Assembly: GCA_965277715.1 (NCBI GenBank)
Contig: OZ255836.1
Coordinates: 1,280,001-1,344,000, forward strand
DNA from: Gammaproteobacteria bacterium
GTDB taxonomy: Bacteria; Pseudomonadota; Gammaproteobacteria; JBCCGL01
Length of the DNA stretch: 64,000 bases
Direction of reading: 5' to 3'
The stretch's first letter is position 1. Every line of letters starts with the position of its first letter. The position numbers and the translations under genes are program-made. Under the pieces are notes generated by a model. It was not told the origin of the DNA and searched no databases. It saw nothing but the letters and a program-made list of their open reading frames with translations. Positions 62,276 to 64,000 of the stretch are shown here, one piece after another.

Positions 62276-64000
62276 CGACCGCGTAGAAACAGTTTATCCA
62301 GCTGCTCGATTGACAGTTCAATATAGGTTGGCCGACCGTGATTACATTGCCCACTGCGTTCAGTTGATTCCATATCACGCAACAGGGCGTTCATTTCAGG
62401 CAGGGTCAGCTGGCGGTTGGCACGCACAGAACCGTGGCACGCCATTGTCGACAGAATATCATTGATACTGTCGCGCAGACGCTTGCTATAACCCAACTCG
62501 GCGAGATCAGAAATAACATCCTGCACCAATTGGGTTATATTCGCTTGCGCAAGGATGGTGGGCACCTGACGCACCAAAATACTCTCAGGGCCATTTCTAT
62601 CGATTTCAAAACCCAGCTCGGTAAATGCTTCTGAATGTGTTTCAGATAAGTCCGCCTGCTGTCGGCTCACCGATACACTAATAGGCAATAATAACGGTTG
62701 CGATCTGAGTTTATTATTTTCATCCCAAGCGGTTTTCAGCCGCTCATAACTGATGCGTTCATGTGCCGCATGCATATCGACAAGGATCAGCCCTGCCTGG
62801 TTTTGTGCCAGGATATAGATACCGTGCAACTGTGCCATGGCAAAGCCCATTGGTGGTGTTTCACTGTCTGTATTTAACCACTCAGGATTCGATGTATTAA
62901 TACCGGACAACAAGCTCGCATAGCTTGCCTGTGTATTGCCGACCGACAGTGGGAAACGCGATTGTTGCGTCGGTGCATAGCCTGTCATTTTCCCCGCACT
63001 ATCCGACGTTCGCATGGTGTACTCGGGAGGAGGTATAGTTGAAATACCTGAATGCTCAGTACCCTGCTCTGCGCTTGGCTCATTATTTCCACTGACACCT
63101 GGCCCCATCGCCGCAATCGCATCGTGCACGGTACGGTAAATAAATTCATGGATCTGGCGGCTATCACGAAAGCGTACTTCGTGTTTACCTGGGTGCACAT
63201 TAACATCAACCAATGATGGTTCCATGGTTAAAAACAGCACGAATGCTGGAAACCGGTTGTGATACAACACATCGCTATACGCCTGTTTAATGGCGTGTGT
63301 GATCACCTTATCTTTTATCGAACGGCGATTGATGTAGAAGTACTGCAAATCTGCCTGGCTACGTGAAAAGGTAGGCTGTGCAATCCAACCACTGAGCTCC
63401 AGACCCATCGCACTATGTTCAATATAGTAGGCATTATCGACAAATTCTTTACCGCATATATCGCGCAAGCGCAATTCACCCTTTTGTAAACACGGCACCG
63501 CACTCCAACGAAAGCGTGGCTTACCATTTTGTTGCATGTCAAAACTGACATCAAAATGGCTAAGTGCCATATTTTTAACCAGTTTTTCAACATGCCCTGC
63601 TTCCGTTTTTTCAGCGCGCAGGAATTTTCGCCTGGCAGGTACATTGAAAAACAAATCGCATACTTCCACCCGTGTACCTTTGGTGAGTGGAGCCGGTTGG
63701 CATTCACCAATAACGCCTTGATCGACGCTCACCGACCAGGCTGTTTCTTCATCAGCATACCGCGAGGTTAAGGTCAGTTTTGAAACAGAGGCAATACTGG
63801 GCAGCGCCTCTCCCCTGAAGCCCAGGCTGTTTATGGTCGTTAAGTCATCGAGATTTTGGATTTTACTGGTGGCATGTCGATGCAATGCCAGGGGGAGTTG
63901 AGCCGATGAAATACCTATGCCATCGTCGGTAATACGAATAAGTCGAATACCGCCCCCTTCAACATCAATTTTTATGTGTTTTGCCTGTGCATCGAGACTA
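62272..64000 (-). CDS. mutL: DNA mismatch repair protein MutL (5' truncated by window edge)
   Basis: HATSKI, GFRGEAL, DVNVHPGKHEVRF, endonuclease motif DMHAAHERISYE, ACH, CNHGRP. Confidence 0.97.
   Translation of the reverse strand, partial: SLDAQAKHIKIDVEGGGIRLIRITDDGIGISSAQLPLALHRHATSKIQNLDDLTTINSLGFRGEALPSIASVSKLTLTSRYADEETAWSVSVDQGVIGECQPAPLTKGTRVEVCDLFFNVPARRKFLRAEKTEAGHVEKLVKNMALSHFDVSFDMQQNGKPRFRWSAVPCLQKGELRLRDICGKEFVDNAYYIEHSAMGLELSGWIAQPTFSRSQADLQYFYINRRSIKDKVITHAIKQAYSDVLYHNRFPAFVLFLTMEPSLVDVNVHPGKHEVRFRDSRQIHEFIYRTVHDAIAAMGPGVSGNNEPSAEQGTEHSGISTIPPPEYTMRTSDSAGKMTGYAPTQQSRFPLSVGNTQASYASLLSGINTSNPEWLNTDSETPPMGFAMAQLHGIYILAQNQAGLILVDMHAAHERISYERLKTAWDENNKLRSQPLLLPISVSVSRQQADLSETHSEAFTELGFEIDRNGPESILVRQVPTILAQANITQLVQDVISDLAELGYSKRLRDSINDILSTMACHGSVRANRQLTLPEMNALLRDMESTERSGQCNHGRPTYIELSIEQLDKLFLRGR

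Overview
Gene-dense chromosomal segment of a Gammaproteobacterium, probably marine or environmental (inferred from gene content). The right half is mostly core housekeeping: tRNA-Ser(GCT), csrA, lysC, alaS, recX, recA, cinA, mutS, nadK, recN, fur, bamE, ratA, smpB, dnaQ, rnhA, mltD, cysM, aapJQMP, miaA and partial mutL. The left half carries accessory functions: a RAYT-type HUH/Y1 transposase bounded by 11-bp inverted repeats, a CobW + amidohydrolase / DmpA module, a gamma-glutamylation polyamine cluster (spuC, two puuA-like genes, puuR, candidate operators), a TatT-containing TRAP (TPAT) transporter, two nucleotide-sugar genes, and an hpsNOP sulfonate (DHPS) operon beside the tRNA. The least explained items are (i) an AT-rich module of a tandem cNMP-binding/rhodanese fusion, a PP2C phosphatase and a double-FHA protein next to cysM, with no kinase in the window, (ii) the RAYT element, which appears to supply the C-terminus of the neighbouring aminotransferase, and (iii) four distinct small palindromic/MITE-like elements, several at points where usual gene order is broken. 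No CRISPR array, rRNA or prophage was seen. All calls come from reading motifs and gene order by eye; no database searches were run.
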